From positions 1 to 64,000 of the IMG/VR virus record IMGVR_UViG_3300015615_000196: a stretch of 64,000 nucleotides of DNA, one strand, 5' to 3'. Position 1 is the stretch's first letter, and the number at the start of each line of letters is the position of its first letter. The stretch is from a virus. Lineage: Duplodnaviria > Caudoviricetes. Positions 11,088 to 22,333 of the stretch are shown here, in pieces. The notes beneath the pieces were generated by a model that saw only the letters and a program-made list of their open reading frames with translations, was not told the DNA's origin and made no database searches. Both the position numbers and the translations under genes were made by a program.

Positions 11088-14032
11088 TTATTGGTTTTGT
11101 TTCTTTGCGTCTTCAATTGCTGATCTTCCTTCTTGGAGCAGGACATCCAACCACGAGCAGTTACCATCGGTTATCTCTGCGGCTTTCTCTTCCTTCTCCT
11201 TTGCCCACTCTGGATCGTCATGATAACGAATCAGTCTTTCGAGTCTCAGGATCAGTAGTTGTGTTGTTGCGTCCATGATCTATCTAACGTACATTGTCCT
11301 CAAAGGTTACATGTCTTCCAATTCTTTTTTCACCCATTCATCATGGGCTTGCTCGGTTTTACTACCATCGCCTTTCTGGAATGCAAACGGACATTTGGAA
11401 TAACATCCCTGACCAACTTCACAAAACGGTACATTGTCATGGTACAATATATCCACGCACTCGTAACCGTGTTCGGTATGTTCACTGTAGTCACATTGAT
11501 GGTGACCACACGACCCGGTTCTTTCTCGTTTCTGACAGGCCATAGAAAAATTAATTAAGGTATTGAAAAGGGATATTAAGCCGTTCATATTTCAGCAACC
11601 CGGAGTAAAACTTCATCGGGCAGTTGGACAATGTGAACGGCTTAGTTATCATTTGATTACCAGATGTTTACGGACTCTCTTCTGGACAATATCGAATGTA
11701 CGACCTTTGAACAATGTTTCCAGTGCGCGATCCTTGCCCTCATTCCGCATGTAGTAGGTGTTACCTGCTTTGTCGGTGATGATCAGGTTCTCGTATTTGA
11801 TGAACACGGACACTATGTCCGCACTCGTCAATGTGCCTACGAATGTTTTCATTAGTACATTGTGTTTAAGGTGGCTTCGAGTTTCAATCCGGTTTCCTTC
11901 TCAAGATCACGAAGTTCCTTCATGATTTCTCGGTACTTTCGGTTTGCCTCGGCTTGTGAGATTTCACCGTCTTCATGTAGGTTCTCCGGGGACAAACGAC
12001 ATGCAAGATCAGATAGCTTGCGTTGTACTTCCGGGGACAGACCTTGTGGCCGGGTGAACTGATTTCGCTTCCGTGCGATTTCGTCTTTGATGAACTGAGC
12101 CTTTTGCTCCTTGTTCATTGAGTTGTAGTCTTCCATATGTTTGTTAATTGTTTGGTTATACCAGTTTAACGAACACGGAGTTGAAAGGTTACGTTTTTAA
12201 TCCTGAATATTTGCCATAGCCAGTTCATAATCCTTACGGGTGACTTCATTGACCTGATCGACATATTCAATGTCATCCGGTTCAATCAGACCTGAATCGA
12301 CAGCATGACCAATAATGTCAGCGTCAATCATATCAGGTACTGGATTTGACATAGCAAGCCATGCAGAGAATCCGTTGGCATTGCCACCATAGTTTACATG
12401 AATGTGAAAGTACTTGGTTTCCATATTTGGTTTTTAAATTGGTTTCAAAAAGAAGGAGGCAGTGAGGACTTATTTCTATTGCCTCACCATTAGGTTATGC
12501 TACATGTGGGGTCATTCCCCGATGCCATTCCTTATGATTAATTTAACGGAAGCGTCTGATCAAGGTTGCACGTTTCGGTAAAAATTTATTCGTTACGTCA
12601 ATCGGGTCACGGTCGGAACCATCCTTGTAAAGGTGTACCTGATATAGGTACTCGTCCTCGTGTTTGTTTTTAATGGTCTCCCGAACTTCATCGGGTGTAT
12701 AGCACGACTCATGGCGTTCTGCATAGTCGTCACCGCCTCTTAATGATTCGCGGATTTCAACGATATATTTATCAGGCTTGTTCATGTACATTGTACGTTT
12801 AAGCTAACATTGAATTGTAGGAACCATTCATAATTTCCTTCGTGGTGGTATCCACGAGAAACGACCAATGCAACCCAAGTGAGTCGTCATTCTGATCGTG
12901 GAAGTAACGACCAAGATCGTACACGGCATAGTCGTCATTTTCAGCTATGTACTTCTCAAGTTGATCGTAGGTTGCATCCGGCCCAATTTCATCTTGGGTC
13001 TCAGTCGGTATGCAGATAACGTTAAGGTTTTTTGCAAAGGTTGCCATCGGTTTTAATATTGGTTATACAGTAACAAACGTACATTGTACGTTAAAGGTTA
13101 CACGACCTCTATTCTTTTTTCCTTGAGTGCCAGCAGCAATTCATACAGACCAGCAGCATCCAGTTCCTCAAGGCCGTATTGGAATACGTCAGCAGTACCG
13201 CCAGCGTCTACGTGAACGTCAGCGTACATTGTAAGGTCTTTATCGACCCGCTTCAAGTCCGTGTATATGTTATCGGAAATGAAGTGGAGGTACACGGACT
13301 CTTTGAAGGTTACGTGACTTGTGGCCTTGCTCAAAACTTGTTTAAGTTTCTTTTCGCATTCTTGCCTCAAGCTGTTTACCGTGTTTTCGTATTGTTTGAA
13401 TAGGCGTTTCATGATTATATGGTTTTGGTTTTGAATCCGAAATGACAGAACCCCGTTACGTCACTGATATAGTCTGAGGCCAGTTCCCCAATTTCGTCCT
13501 CGTCAGTATCGACAGGGACTTCCATTGTTAAGGTAGGCGGGAGATCAATTTGTTCCCCGTCAGTATCGTATTGAATATCGGTAATGAGAATCTTTTTCAT
13601 GGTAGTTTAATTGTTTGGTTTACGGACATTGTACATTTAGAAATCGAATACGGCATTGAACCCTTTTGACTTGGCCAGTTCCCGTGCCTCTTTCTTACTG
13701 TAGGCCGTGACCGTAACAAGCGACCCAAATTCGTACATCTTATTGCCGTCAATCGGGTTACCGTCCTTTGTTAGCTTGGAGGTATAGAAACCCCCCTCGT
13801 CCTTAAAGGACATTGTACGTTTGGTTTCCTTCATTGGTTTACGGCTCAATACTTCCATATCGAAGTATGTAGGTTCCTCAATATCACCCCCGCTATATTC
13901 CTGAATGACTTTGCCGGGGAATAGTGACTCAGCTACAGACTTACGGGCAAACACTCCAAAGGAAGGTAGCCACGTTGTTTCCCATTCCTTATCGGTAAGG
14001 ACGGGCTGATAATAAACAGGTTTCTTTTTCAT
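11088..14032 (-). other. run of short hypothetical ORFs (11088-11276, 11307-11588, 11649-11852, 11852-12136, 12197-12424, 12543-12791, 12799-13047, 13098-13412, 13415-13600, 13637-14032)
   Basis: Several directly preceded by the AAC-N16/17-CGT motif (11286, 12167, 13077, 14085). Confidence 0.75.
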
Positions 14033-14101
14033 TGTAGTTAGTTGTTTGGTTTTAAATCGGACATTGTACTATTTGAGAACCCGTTTACGGGTGCAACCCG
14101 A

Positions 14102-14866
14102 TTAAGGTTGCACCACGAACGGACTATTTTTGATCAGGTCGTTTGTTTCCCGGTTACGTATGCTTTTCCAACGCAAGCCTACAATTACGTCCTTTGCGTC
14201 ATTGGGGCGATAGTCGTAAGTATCACCGTCAATCACTTTGACCCCGTTGTATGTTTCAGGAAGGGGCTGGTTACGGCCTACGTTAAAGATAACGGCTACC
14301 CGGACATTGTTCTGTAGGGCAATTTTACAGTCATCCCAATTATATCCGGTGAAGCTGAAAGTCAAATCGTAATTGGGATTTTTCTTTGCAACCTCAATCC
14401 GGTTAAGGATTTTGGTATAGTCGTAAAATTGCACGTTCGGAAATGCCTCAAGTATGTTTTTACCGTCCTGTTTGAAAAGGATAGGGTTAAGGTCGCTTGT
14501 ACCGTTCAAACGGACTGCAAACTCTTTACCTTTTCGGGCCGTCCTGTTTGAAGCAAGTTTAACCTCATTAAACAAAGTAGCGTTAAATTCAGCCCGGTTA
14601 TCGTAAAAAAACTTTGTCTTATTGATACGGGCGTTAGTCATTGCTTTATAGGACTTGTCCATTTTAGCACGACCGGACGTGTTTAAACATCCTGCAATAC
14701 ATTCCTTTGTAGCCATAGCGCAAACGTTATGACCGGAAAGATTAGAGGGCGCAAGGTACATAACGTAGGTATCTACATTCAGCACCTTATCGCTTTTCTG
14801 TATTTTGGAACTTGAATTTACATTTCCAAGATACGAAAAGCCATGAGTTGAAAATTTTGGTTTCAT
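14102..14866 (-). CDS. GP88-like phage protein (radical-SAM-like Cys motif)
   Basis: C-x6-C-x3-C (NVCAMATKECIAGCL), AVRLNGTSD, FYDYTK, DGDTYDYR, IVGLRWK motifs. Confidence 0.7.
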   Translation of the reverse strand: MKPKFSTHGFSYLGNVNSSSKIQKSDKVLNVDTYVMYLAPSNLSGHNVCAMATKECIAGCLNTSGRAKMDKSYKAMTNARINKTKFFYDNRAEFNATLFNEVKLASNRTARKGKEFAVRLNGTSDLNPILFKQDGKNILEAFPNVQFYDYTKILNRIEVAKKNPNYDLTFSFTGYNWDDCKIALQNNVRVAVIFNVGRNQPLPETYNGVKVIDGDTYDYRPNDAKDVIVGLRWKSIRNRETNDLIKNSPFVVQP

Positions 14867-15149
14867 TCAGTTTTTTGGTTTATGCAAAGTTTAACGGGCA
14901 AAGTTTCCAAAGGTTGCAACAATCTGAAAAGTTTCTTAAATGAATTTAACGACCTAAATAAAACGGAGGTCTGCAATAACCGTGTTCTACACTTTCCTTT
15001 GTTCGGCTCTACCTTACCTTGTTATCGGATTGGTACTTAATTTAACGGGGAAACTTATACAAGGTTTCAAAAAGTTTACAAAAAATGTAAAGTTTTTTCG
15101 TAACCTTTGACCGTGTTCATCCGTTCATACGTGCATAAACCAAACAACT

Positions 15150-15497
15150 ATGGAAACCACGTACTTAACCCTCGACTACTTCAAAGCTGAAAAGCTGGTA
15201 GACTTTTACTCCATGCAGGAACTTTCAGGCGTAATGAAACGCCATAGTATTGTATGGTGTTGGGGTGCGCACAATTACGCAAACATTGAGGACAAACTTT
15301 TCCGGTTCAAAGTGCAAGGCCGTTTGTTTAAAGGGCTTGTATGGATTGGAGTAAACGGCCTCGACCTGTTTAATGTTTACTTTTCAACTGGTAGGCGTTC
15401 CGAAAATGGCTGTTACAAGCTGGTAGACAAAATTGAAAACGTCTACATTGAGGACTTGATTGAAACAATCGACAAAAAAGTTGAAACAAAATCGTAA
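15150..15497 (+). CDS. hypothetical phage protein
   Basis: Downstream of promoter motif at 15099-15125. Confidence 0.8.
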   Translation: METTYLTLDYFKAEKLVDFYSMQELSGVMKRHSIVWCWGAHNYANIEDKLFRFKVQGRLFKGLVWIGVNGLDLFNVYFSTGRRSENGCYKLVDKIENVYIEDLIETIDKKVETKS

Positions 15498-15521
15498 CCT
15501 TTCAGCAACCCCTACGTTTAA

Positions 15522-16082
15522 TTGAGTATGGAAACCAACATAACAAACCTCGGCAAGTTACTTGCCGCGATCAGCAAGATCAAAACACCTTCATTCGTGC
15601 GGGTGTTGAATTACTCCAACGATAAAGGAAACGGTGAAGTTGCCGATTATACCTTTAACTTGGGTATCAGCTACGAAAACGCAAAAGTATCGGACACGGA
15701 CTATTTGCGTAACCCCAAAAATATTGAGGGGTTGGACTTTGGCAAGTTGAAACCGTTTTCAGAAGAGGCAAGGGCTTTAATGCTCGAAGCAAATTTGAAC
15801 CCGGATAACAAGCAATCGCAAGCCCAAAGTGATGCCTACGTTACGGTATGCCCGAACGTCAGGGTTCACAAGGAAACAGGCCGGGTATTCATTTACGGCT
15901 TTGTTATCAGTAAGGACGTAAAGGTGCAAGGCTCTTACAAAAAAGTCAATAGCGCACCCCTTACCCTTGCAAAGAATATCATCCGCAAGGAACTGCGTAC
16001 CAACAAATTCAGGCAGGTTGCCTTCGACAAGTTGGACACGGTGAGGGTGAAAGGTCAGGAACTGGAAATCCTGATAGGCTAA
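15522..16082 (+). CDS. hypothetical phage protein
   Basis: Promoter motif at 15493-15518; terminator follows. Confidence 0.8.
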   Translation: MSMETNITNLGKLLAAISKIKTPSFVRVLNYSNDKGNGEVADYTFNLGISYENAKVSDTDYLRNPKNIEGLDFGKLKPFSEEARALMLEANLNPDNKQSQAQSDAYVTVCPNVRVHKETGRVFIYGFVISKDVKVQGSYKKVNSAPLTLAKNIIRKELRTNKFRQVAFDKLDTVRVKGQELEILIG

Positions 16083-16093
16083 AACGAAAATAG

Positions 16094-16129
16094 GCACGAT
16101 AAAGTAACCCGCTTTATCGTGCTTTTTTT
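16094..16129 (+). terminator. intrinsic terminator
   Basis: GCACGATAAAG-loop-CTTTATCGTGC followed by T7. Confidence 0.85.
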
Positions 16130-16300
16130 GCTTTATTATCTTGAAATTGAATTAGATAGACCCCTGCAATAACCGTTTTCTAATTTCCTTTGTTCGGCTC
16201 TCCTACTTGATTCGTAGTAGTAATAACGGACACGGAGTTCTAAGGTTACGAAAAACTTAAATAAATTTCATGTAACCTTTGACCGTGTTCATCCGTTAGA

Positions 16301-17295
16301 ATGAATATGAAAACCAATAAAACATACACCGTTTACATGAAAGTTGAGGACGTATTACGCTACATGAAGCGTAAAGCCCTTGCCCTGAAACAATTCAAAA
16401 TCGGGGACTTTAAAAACCATTTCTTTCTTGCGGCTGACGTTGCAAGTAAAATGACCCCGGTTGAGTTCCGCAAAATGGAATGTGACGTGGTTCAATATTG
16501 GATTGAAGACCCCAAAGGTACACGGGACTTGGACAAAGAAGACGATGAAGACTGGAATATGTTGCTCAGGTCTGGTGCTTTAAAACAAGTGTAACCTTTA
16601 ACCCGGCTTATCCGTTATTACTCTTATGAAACAGAAATGGTACTTCTTCTACAAGCGGACAAACGGTGACGAAATTCTGCATTCAATAAAGGAATGTATC
16701 GCACCAAGAAGGACGCATACATGGAAACTCCTGAATCGGATACTTTCCAATGACGACCTTGTTTGCGGTATTGGATATACCACAAGACGTGAAGACTACG
16801 AAAACCTAATTTCAACCAAATGAAAAAGCAAACCCTGATTGAAGAAATTAATAACCTTGTTGACAAGGATGTAACGATTGAACTTCCCCGGCCATTTGTT
16901 CCTGATAAGGCTGGCGATCAAGAAACCATTACACAAGTCCTCAAGGATGAAGACGGAAACCTCCAAGTTGCCACATGGAATGAAGACAACGGAGGCAACC
17001 GGAAAGACGTTTATAATGAAACGTACCCGTTGAACGGTGACTTGCTGACCAAAAGTGACCTGAAAGAAATTCTAAGCCAAATCAAAGAATTTATCAACTC
17101 ATGATAATCGGAGCCAAATATGTAAAGACGGTTAAAGTAACCGACCCTGACACCGGAAATGAAGTTGCCATTCAAATCATGAAGCTGGAAACCGGAGGCA
17201 TGGTCGGACTGGATGAAAGTTTCCTTGAAAACACTGATGAACCCGTTTACAGTCCTTATGACGTAGGAGTTCAAATAAGTGAAGACGAATTGTAA
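16301..17295 (+). other. four short hypothetical ORFs (16301-16594, 16626-16823, 16820-17104, 17101-17295)
   Basis: Promoter motifs at 16271 and 16590; overlapping stop/start. Confidence 0.75.
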
Positions 17296-17343
17296 CCTTT
17301 AGGGGTTACTTTTCGTATTACTACTATAAACCAAACAACTACC

Positions 17344-18444
17344 ATGAAAACGATAAGTGGCTACAAAGCCTTTTACATTGCCCTCGATCAAATGGAAGCC
17401 GATATGGAAAAATTCCGTAACGAGCAGCCCGATGAAATGAGGTTTTGGGCTACCCGCATTGACCACGAAACAAACGTTTCTGAATGCAAACCGTATAAAG
17501 ATAATGTGTTCCTTTGGCGTGGAGTTGTGAAAGTAAACGGAGGCAAGAGAAGCGGAGGAAGCGGCTACGATGCACCCTGCGTTTTCATGTGGAGGACGAC
17601 TCCAAGTTACATGACCGGAAAGAGTTCCGAACAAATCATGAAGGAAAGCGAAACCGAAAAGGTATTGCATATTGAAAAGGGTTACGAGTTCTGTATCGTT
17701 CGTGACCGTCTTCGTGAAGCTACTGAAACCCATTGGGGCAAAAAGTTTATTTACGAGTTCGAGCAAAAGCACTTTCATCATAAAATGGTGATAAGGAAAA
17801 AGGGCAAAGTTCTCTTTGAATGCTTCGAGCGTTGGGAGTTTACCAACTTCTGTGAAGGAGCCAAAAAGGTTGAATACCGTGACCCTGAGACCCCTACCGA
17901 AATTTTCAGGTACTTCAATCCGTTCCGTTTGCTTGTTGTTCCTTTCACTGACAAGGAATATACGCAAAAGTCAATCGAACGTTACGGAAGCAACTGCGGT
18001 AACGAGCCGTCACAAATGGTTGAGTACTTGAAGAAACACTACGGCTTCAAGCCGAACGCAAAGAAATTGTGGGTCGTTCACCTTATGGGAATGGGCCGTT
18101 ACACTGAGTTTTCCAGCGACAAGCACATTACTACTTGGTGGATCATGGAAAGCAACGAGCAGCCAAGCAATGAGGATGCACTATATTACCTCATGAATCA
18201 GCTTGAACTGTATGACCGTGACAACTTGGGTGACGTACTGCAATTCATGAAAGACAGTATGAGCCGGAACATGAATGACGTTAACTACGTGCTTGAGGAA
18301 CGTATTATGGACTTATGGAAACGTAAGGTAGTTTATACCCTTGAACGTCTCATGGATACCAGCATAGAAGAAATCAAAAAGTTCTGGAATGAAAACCAGA
18401 CGCGATACGAGAAGACAGCAAATTTTGAAGTTTTCTTCCGATAG
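17344..18444 (+). CDS. hypothetical protein (366 aa)
   Basis: Long ORF after promoter motif at 17291-17317. Confidence 0.8.
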   Translation: MKTISGYKAFYIALDQMEADMEKFRNEQPDEMRFWATRIDHETNVSECKPYKDNVFLWRGVVKVNGGKRSGGSGYDAPCVFMWRTTPSYMTGKSSEQIMKESETEKVLHIEKGYEFCIVRDRLREATETHWGKKFIYEFEQKHFHHKMVIRKKGKVLFECFERWEFTNFCEGAKKVEYRDPETPTEIFRYFNPFRLLVVPFTDKEYTQKSIERYGSNCGNEPSQMVEYLKKHYGFKPNAKKLWVVHLMGMGRYTEFSSDKHITTWWIMESNEQPSNEDALYYLMNQLELYDRDNLGDVLQFMKDSMSRNMNDVNYVLEERIMDLWKRKVVYTLERLMDTSIEEIKKFWNENQTRYEKTANFEVFFR

Positions 18445-18501
18445 GATTGTAACCTTTACCACTGACGATCCGTTAACAGTAGTATAAAAACCAAAAAACC
18501 A

Positions 18502-18894
18502 ATGGCAAAGAAACAAATGTGGGTTTGCAGCGATTGTGGCAGCACAAAAGTTCAAACCAAAATGTGGATGAATCTTAATACCAATAAACCCGTGTCCGAA
18601 GTATCGGATGGTGACAGTGACGACAATTGGTGCGAAGGTTGTGAGTCACACACGGACGTAGAATTAAAGGCGGTTGAAACGAAAAAATTTATCTTAGGTT
18701 ACAAAGACCCCGGTGAAGCAACCGTTGACGGTTCAAACCTTACGCTCTACAAGAGCAAGAAGGAAGCTGACTTCGATTCTGAGGAATGGGTGGAGGTTGA
18801 GGCAGTGGATGAAGAGCAAGCACGGGCGAACTATGAACAAGCCCGGTACGATTGGTTACTTGAACACAACAAAAAATATAACAGCAAATCGTAA
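18502..18894 (+). CDS. hypothetical protein with CxxC...CxxC zinc ribbon
   Basis: CSDC...CEGC; promoter motif at 18448. Confidence 0.75.
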   Translation: MAKKQMWVCSDCGSTKVQTKMWMNLNTNKPVSEVSDGDSDDNWCEGCESHTDVELKAVETKKFILGYKDPGEATVDGSNLTLYKSKKEADFDSEEWVEVEAVDEEQARANYEQARYDWLLEHNKKYNSKS

Positions 18895-18943
18895 CCTTTA
18901 CCACTGGTGATCCGTTGAAGAGATAAAACCAAAACAAACTACA

Positions 18944-19264
18944 ATGGCAAAGCATAGAGAATTCCGGGTGACGTGGACAATTGACGAAAATGCCACGAAC
19001 CCACTTGAGGCGATCCGCAAAGCAATTGCAGCCCTCCCGCATGAACAAAATGAAGACACAATTGCAACGGTCTTCGATGTGGAGGAACTGGATGAAAATA
19101 GCAAAGTAATTGCAACGCATCAAATCGACACGCTTGAAGAGGGATCAAACCCTTTCAGTGATGAAGACCTGAAAGCAGCAGAAGAGCAGCAAGAAGACGA
19201 AGACGAGCAGCGAGAAATTGCCCTCGACAAAACAATGGATAAGATTCGAGACGAAAACTTTTAA
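18944..19264 (+). CDS. acidic hypothetical protein
   Basis: Promoter motif at 18890. Confidence 0.75.
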   Translation: MAKHREFRVTWTIDENATNPLEAIRKAIAALPHEQNEDTIATVFDVEELDENSKVIATHQIDTLEEGSNPFSDEDLKAAEEQQEDEDEQREIALDKTMDKIRDENF

Positions 19265-19421
19265 AGATACACGGACGTAAAGTAGATAGTAGGGAGCCTA
19301 AGTAGTTACGTAGTAGATAGGTTGCCGAAAGCGGTCTTGTTACTTGGGTCGAATTCAGACCGGGTTGCAGATGGGAGGTTAACAGTCCTCTAAACGTCCA
19401 CCGCATTTGTTTGTTTGGTTT

Positions 19422-19453
19422 AGGCACGGGAGTAGTTACCCGTGCCTTTTTTT
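19422..19453 (+). terminator. intrinsic terminator
   Basis: AGGCACGGG-loop-CCCGTGCCT then T run. Confidence 0.85.
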
Positions 19454-19579
19454 GTACATTGTCCCCTCCCCTCCTGTACATTGTCCAAACCTTATATAAG
19501 TTTATCTGTACATTGTGCAACCTTTGCGGACATTGTACGTTTAACATATTAAAGAAACCAAAACAAAAAACAAAACAAA

Positions 19580-19966
19580 ATGGAAAGAATTGTTAAACTA
19601 CTTCAAAAAGGATTCGAGTCCTCAAGCATGAAGACCCCTGAATTCAAATCGTTCGCCCGGTTATTCAAGAACGACTTCACCAAAGAACTGAATGACATTC
19701 ACGCGAAGATGATTAACTTTAGCGTTGGTCACTTTGACGTGTCTGGATTCTTCCAGCTTGACAACGGAAACTTATTTTACTTTTCGTTGTCGGACGCTCG
19801 TGGCTTCGAGTTCAAACAAGGCGACTTTCAATTAATGATCCGCACCGCACAACATGCAAAGGATTATCGTGGAGGTCATAACACTTGGGTGACAATGGAA
19901 ACGGGAATGCTCAGGAAATACTTCATGCGAGGCGATGCTACTGCGTATTTGGCAATACATAGCTAA
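19580..19966 (+). CDS. hypothetical phage protein
   Basis: Promoter motif at 19516; terminator at ~20011-20042. Confidence 0.8.
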   Translation: MERIVKLLQKGFESSSMKTPEFKSFARLFKNDFTKELNDIHAKMINFSVGHFDVSGFFQLDNGNLFYFSLSDARGFEFKQGDFQLMIRTAQHAKDYRGGHNTWVTMETGMLRKYFMRGDATAYLAIHS

Positions 19967-20104
19967 AGCAATATACTCGATTGAGCATAGGCAGTCTTTG
20001 CCACTAACGATAAGGTAGCCCAAAAGGTTACCTTATTTTTTTCATTACTCAATGAAACCTTATATAAGTTTTGCCGTTTGTGACTATGTATAAACCAAAA
20101 AACA

Positions 20105-20362
20105 ATGGACTATTCAAAATCAACAATTTCACAACTTGCAACGGTGATTGCAATGGACTGGAAATCACAGGGGCAAATTTACTTTGGAGCCGTCCCCTAC
20201 ATTGACGCAATGTACGGAATGCAAAGCATAAACGACAATTACGGAATGGATTCCGGGCGGTCGATTGTAGCTTACTTCCTGAGCAATGCAACGAGGTGGA
20301 AAGGTGAAACAGCCAAAGCCGTAAAAGCTGAATTGAACAAAAGGCTGAAATCCAAAGCATAA
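20105..20362 (+). CDS. conserved-looking hypothetical phage protein
   Basis: Promoter motif at 20053; terminator ~20376-20408 nearly identical to the one at ~20011. Confidence 0.8.
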   Translation: MDYSKSTISQLATVIAMDWKSQGQIYFGAVPYIDAMYGMQSINDNYGMDSGRSIVAYFLSNATRWKGETAKAVKAELNKRLKSKA

Positions 20363-20603
20363 ACAGCCCAAACGGAAAGGTAGCCCGAAAGGTTACCTTT
20401 TCTTTTTTGTCCGTTCATTCAAATCAAATTAGACGTAGGTCTGCAATAACCGTCCGCTCATTTGGTTGTTTCCCCTCTCCTACTCCGTTCCCGTTTCGTA
20501 ATAGTAATAACGGACAAGTCAGTAACAAGGTTACAAAAAACTTAAACAATTTTGTGAAACCTTAAATAAGTTTTGCCGTGTATATACTCAACCAAACAAA
20601 CTA

Positions 20604-21248
20604 ATGAAAACCAATACTTACCACAAACCCGGCAAAAACAAACAAATTGCCCGCGATAAAATGGTTGAAGCAATCGCAGATAGTAACACCTCTTACGGTA
20701 CTATCTTGTCCCTGCCTAACACAAGCTGGCTTATTGAGGAACAAGTAATGAGCGAAGTTTCAAACCGTTTCAAGTTCTTAGGCGTTGAATGTCACGGCCC
20801 TACTTTTGACAAGATGGTAACCTGTATGCTGGAAAATAAATGGAGGTTTCAAACCCATTTCGGTAAATTATCCGAAATCATTTTAGCAAGCAAGCCTAAT
20901 GCATTCAGCCATATAATCGCAGACTATTGCGGTCAACTCCACAAGCAAGCAAAAGAACTCCGTTACGCCCTCCAAAACAATTTAGTTGAGGTTGACGGCA
21001 CTATCGCAATCACTTTGAACAAACGTATTGCAATGGGTCAGGCATTGAAATTTGAAAAGCAAACCATCAAAGGTTACGGCAAACGTCCCAAAGCTAAAAA
21101 CCGTTGTGCATGGCAATTAGAGTGCTTTGTAAGTGAATTTGGAAATTACGAAATCGAAGAGGTTTTTGAATACAAGGACGCTAAAAAGAAATCGGATGGC
21201 CGTTCGGGTGCAAACATGATTCTAATGATTGTAAGACGGGTAAAATAA
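20604..21248 (+). CDS. hypothetical protein, possible divergent SAM-methyltransferase fold
   Basis: FLGVE and HIIADYCG segments resemble class I MTase strands; weak. Confidence 0.45.
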   Translation: MKTNTYHKPGKNKQIARDKMVEAIADSNTSYGTILSLPNTSWLIEEQVMSEVSNRFKFLGVECHGPTFDKMVTCMLENKWRFQTHFGKLSEIILASKPNAFSHIIADYCGQLHKQAKELRYALQNNLVEVDGTIAITLNKRIAMGQALKFEKQTIKGYGKRPKAKNRCAWQLECFVSEFGNYEIEEVFEYKDAKKKSDGRSGANMILMIVRRVK

Positions 21249-21800
21249 AAACCCGTCTTATTTCAAACCTTGTTTAAGTTTCCCCGTTACTACTACTATG
21301 AGACTCGCAAACCAAACAATTACAAAAACCCGAAACATTGGCGGGTTCATTATGGAAATGCAGGTAGCAAATATCCGTAATGAAGGAATCTACCAAGCAA
21401 CGTACTACAAAGGAGCGGAGCCTTTTATTTGGGGTGAAACGTTCCCGTCAGAACTCGAAGCTATTCAGGACGTTGATAGCATGGTAACCGAAAAGGCAAA
21501 ACAATTTCCAACTGTGTACGGTCAGGCGTAACCTTGACCGTACCTTTCCCGTTACTACTACTATGAAAGTCAAACAGAAAACCATCAAAAGGATCGAGCG
21601 GGAGTACTCGTTCTTTTTTGCATCCCTTATCATTTTCATTCTGAAAAACTGGTAAGCAATGAAAGCCCTACTATTTACCGTTATCGTGCTGGCTTTCAGG
21701 TATGCAAATACCTTGCTTTGGGCCTACACAAATTTTGTTTGTCGTTCCTGAAACCTTGTTTAAGTTTTCCCGTTACTACTGATATAAACCAACAAACAGT

Positions 21801-22112
21801 ATGAATATCAAAGAGCAAATTGCAAACTACGTGGGCGACATTCAAAAGGCTTACCACGATTCACCTTTTTGGGGTGGCAAAGATGGCAAGAATGCTGAAC
21901 ACCACAAATTTACGGTTGAATATGGCCGTAAATTCGCCAAGATCATTCACAACTCATGGGGCCAAAATGGTGTCCATTGCTTTGTGGAACTTGCCAACGG
22001 TAACATTTGGAAGGCTGGAACGTGGAAAGCCCCACAACCGAATGGAGTCCGGGGAAACCTCAACAACTTCACCAAGCCCCTTTTCAGTGAAGACTTTTAC
22101 GTAAGGGCTTAA
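21801..22112 (+). CDS. hypothetical phage protein
   Basis: GRKFAKI...VHCFV...IWKAGTWKAP; promoter motif at 21749. Confidence 0.8.
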   Translation: MNIKEQIANYVGDIQKAYHDSPFWGGKDGKNAEHHKFTVEYGRKFAKIIHNSWGQNGVHCFVELANGNIWKAGTWKAPQPNGVRGNLNNFTKPLFSEDFYVRA

Positions 22113-22333
22113 TCAAAAGTTTCTCAAGAAAAACGTAACCTTCGACAAGGGGGTTACGTTTATTCATTTGTAACCGTTTACGGGAACCGAGTATACTCCA
22201 ACACGCCCTCTTTTTTTTATTACCTTCAATTACCCTGTATTACCTTTAGTTACCAAACTGGAAAAAACTTAAATAAGTTTTGCAACCTTGTGGCCCCGTG
22301 TCCGTTTATTGATATATAAACCGACAAACAGTT

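Noticed and set aside
12450-12540. Hairpin-rich intergenic segment as a riboswitch
   Set aside because: Explained adequately by a terminator-like GAGGCA/TGCCTC stem; no aptamer motif recognised
17299-17967. 222-aa minus-strand ORF and similar long antisense ORFs
   Set aside because: Shadow frames of better-supported genes with promoters and coupled neighbours
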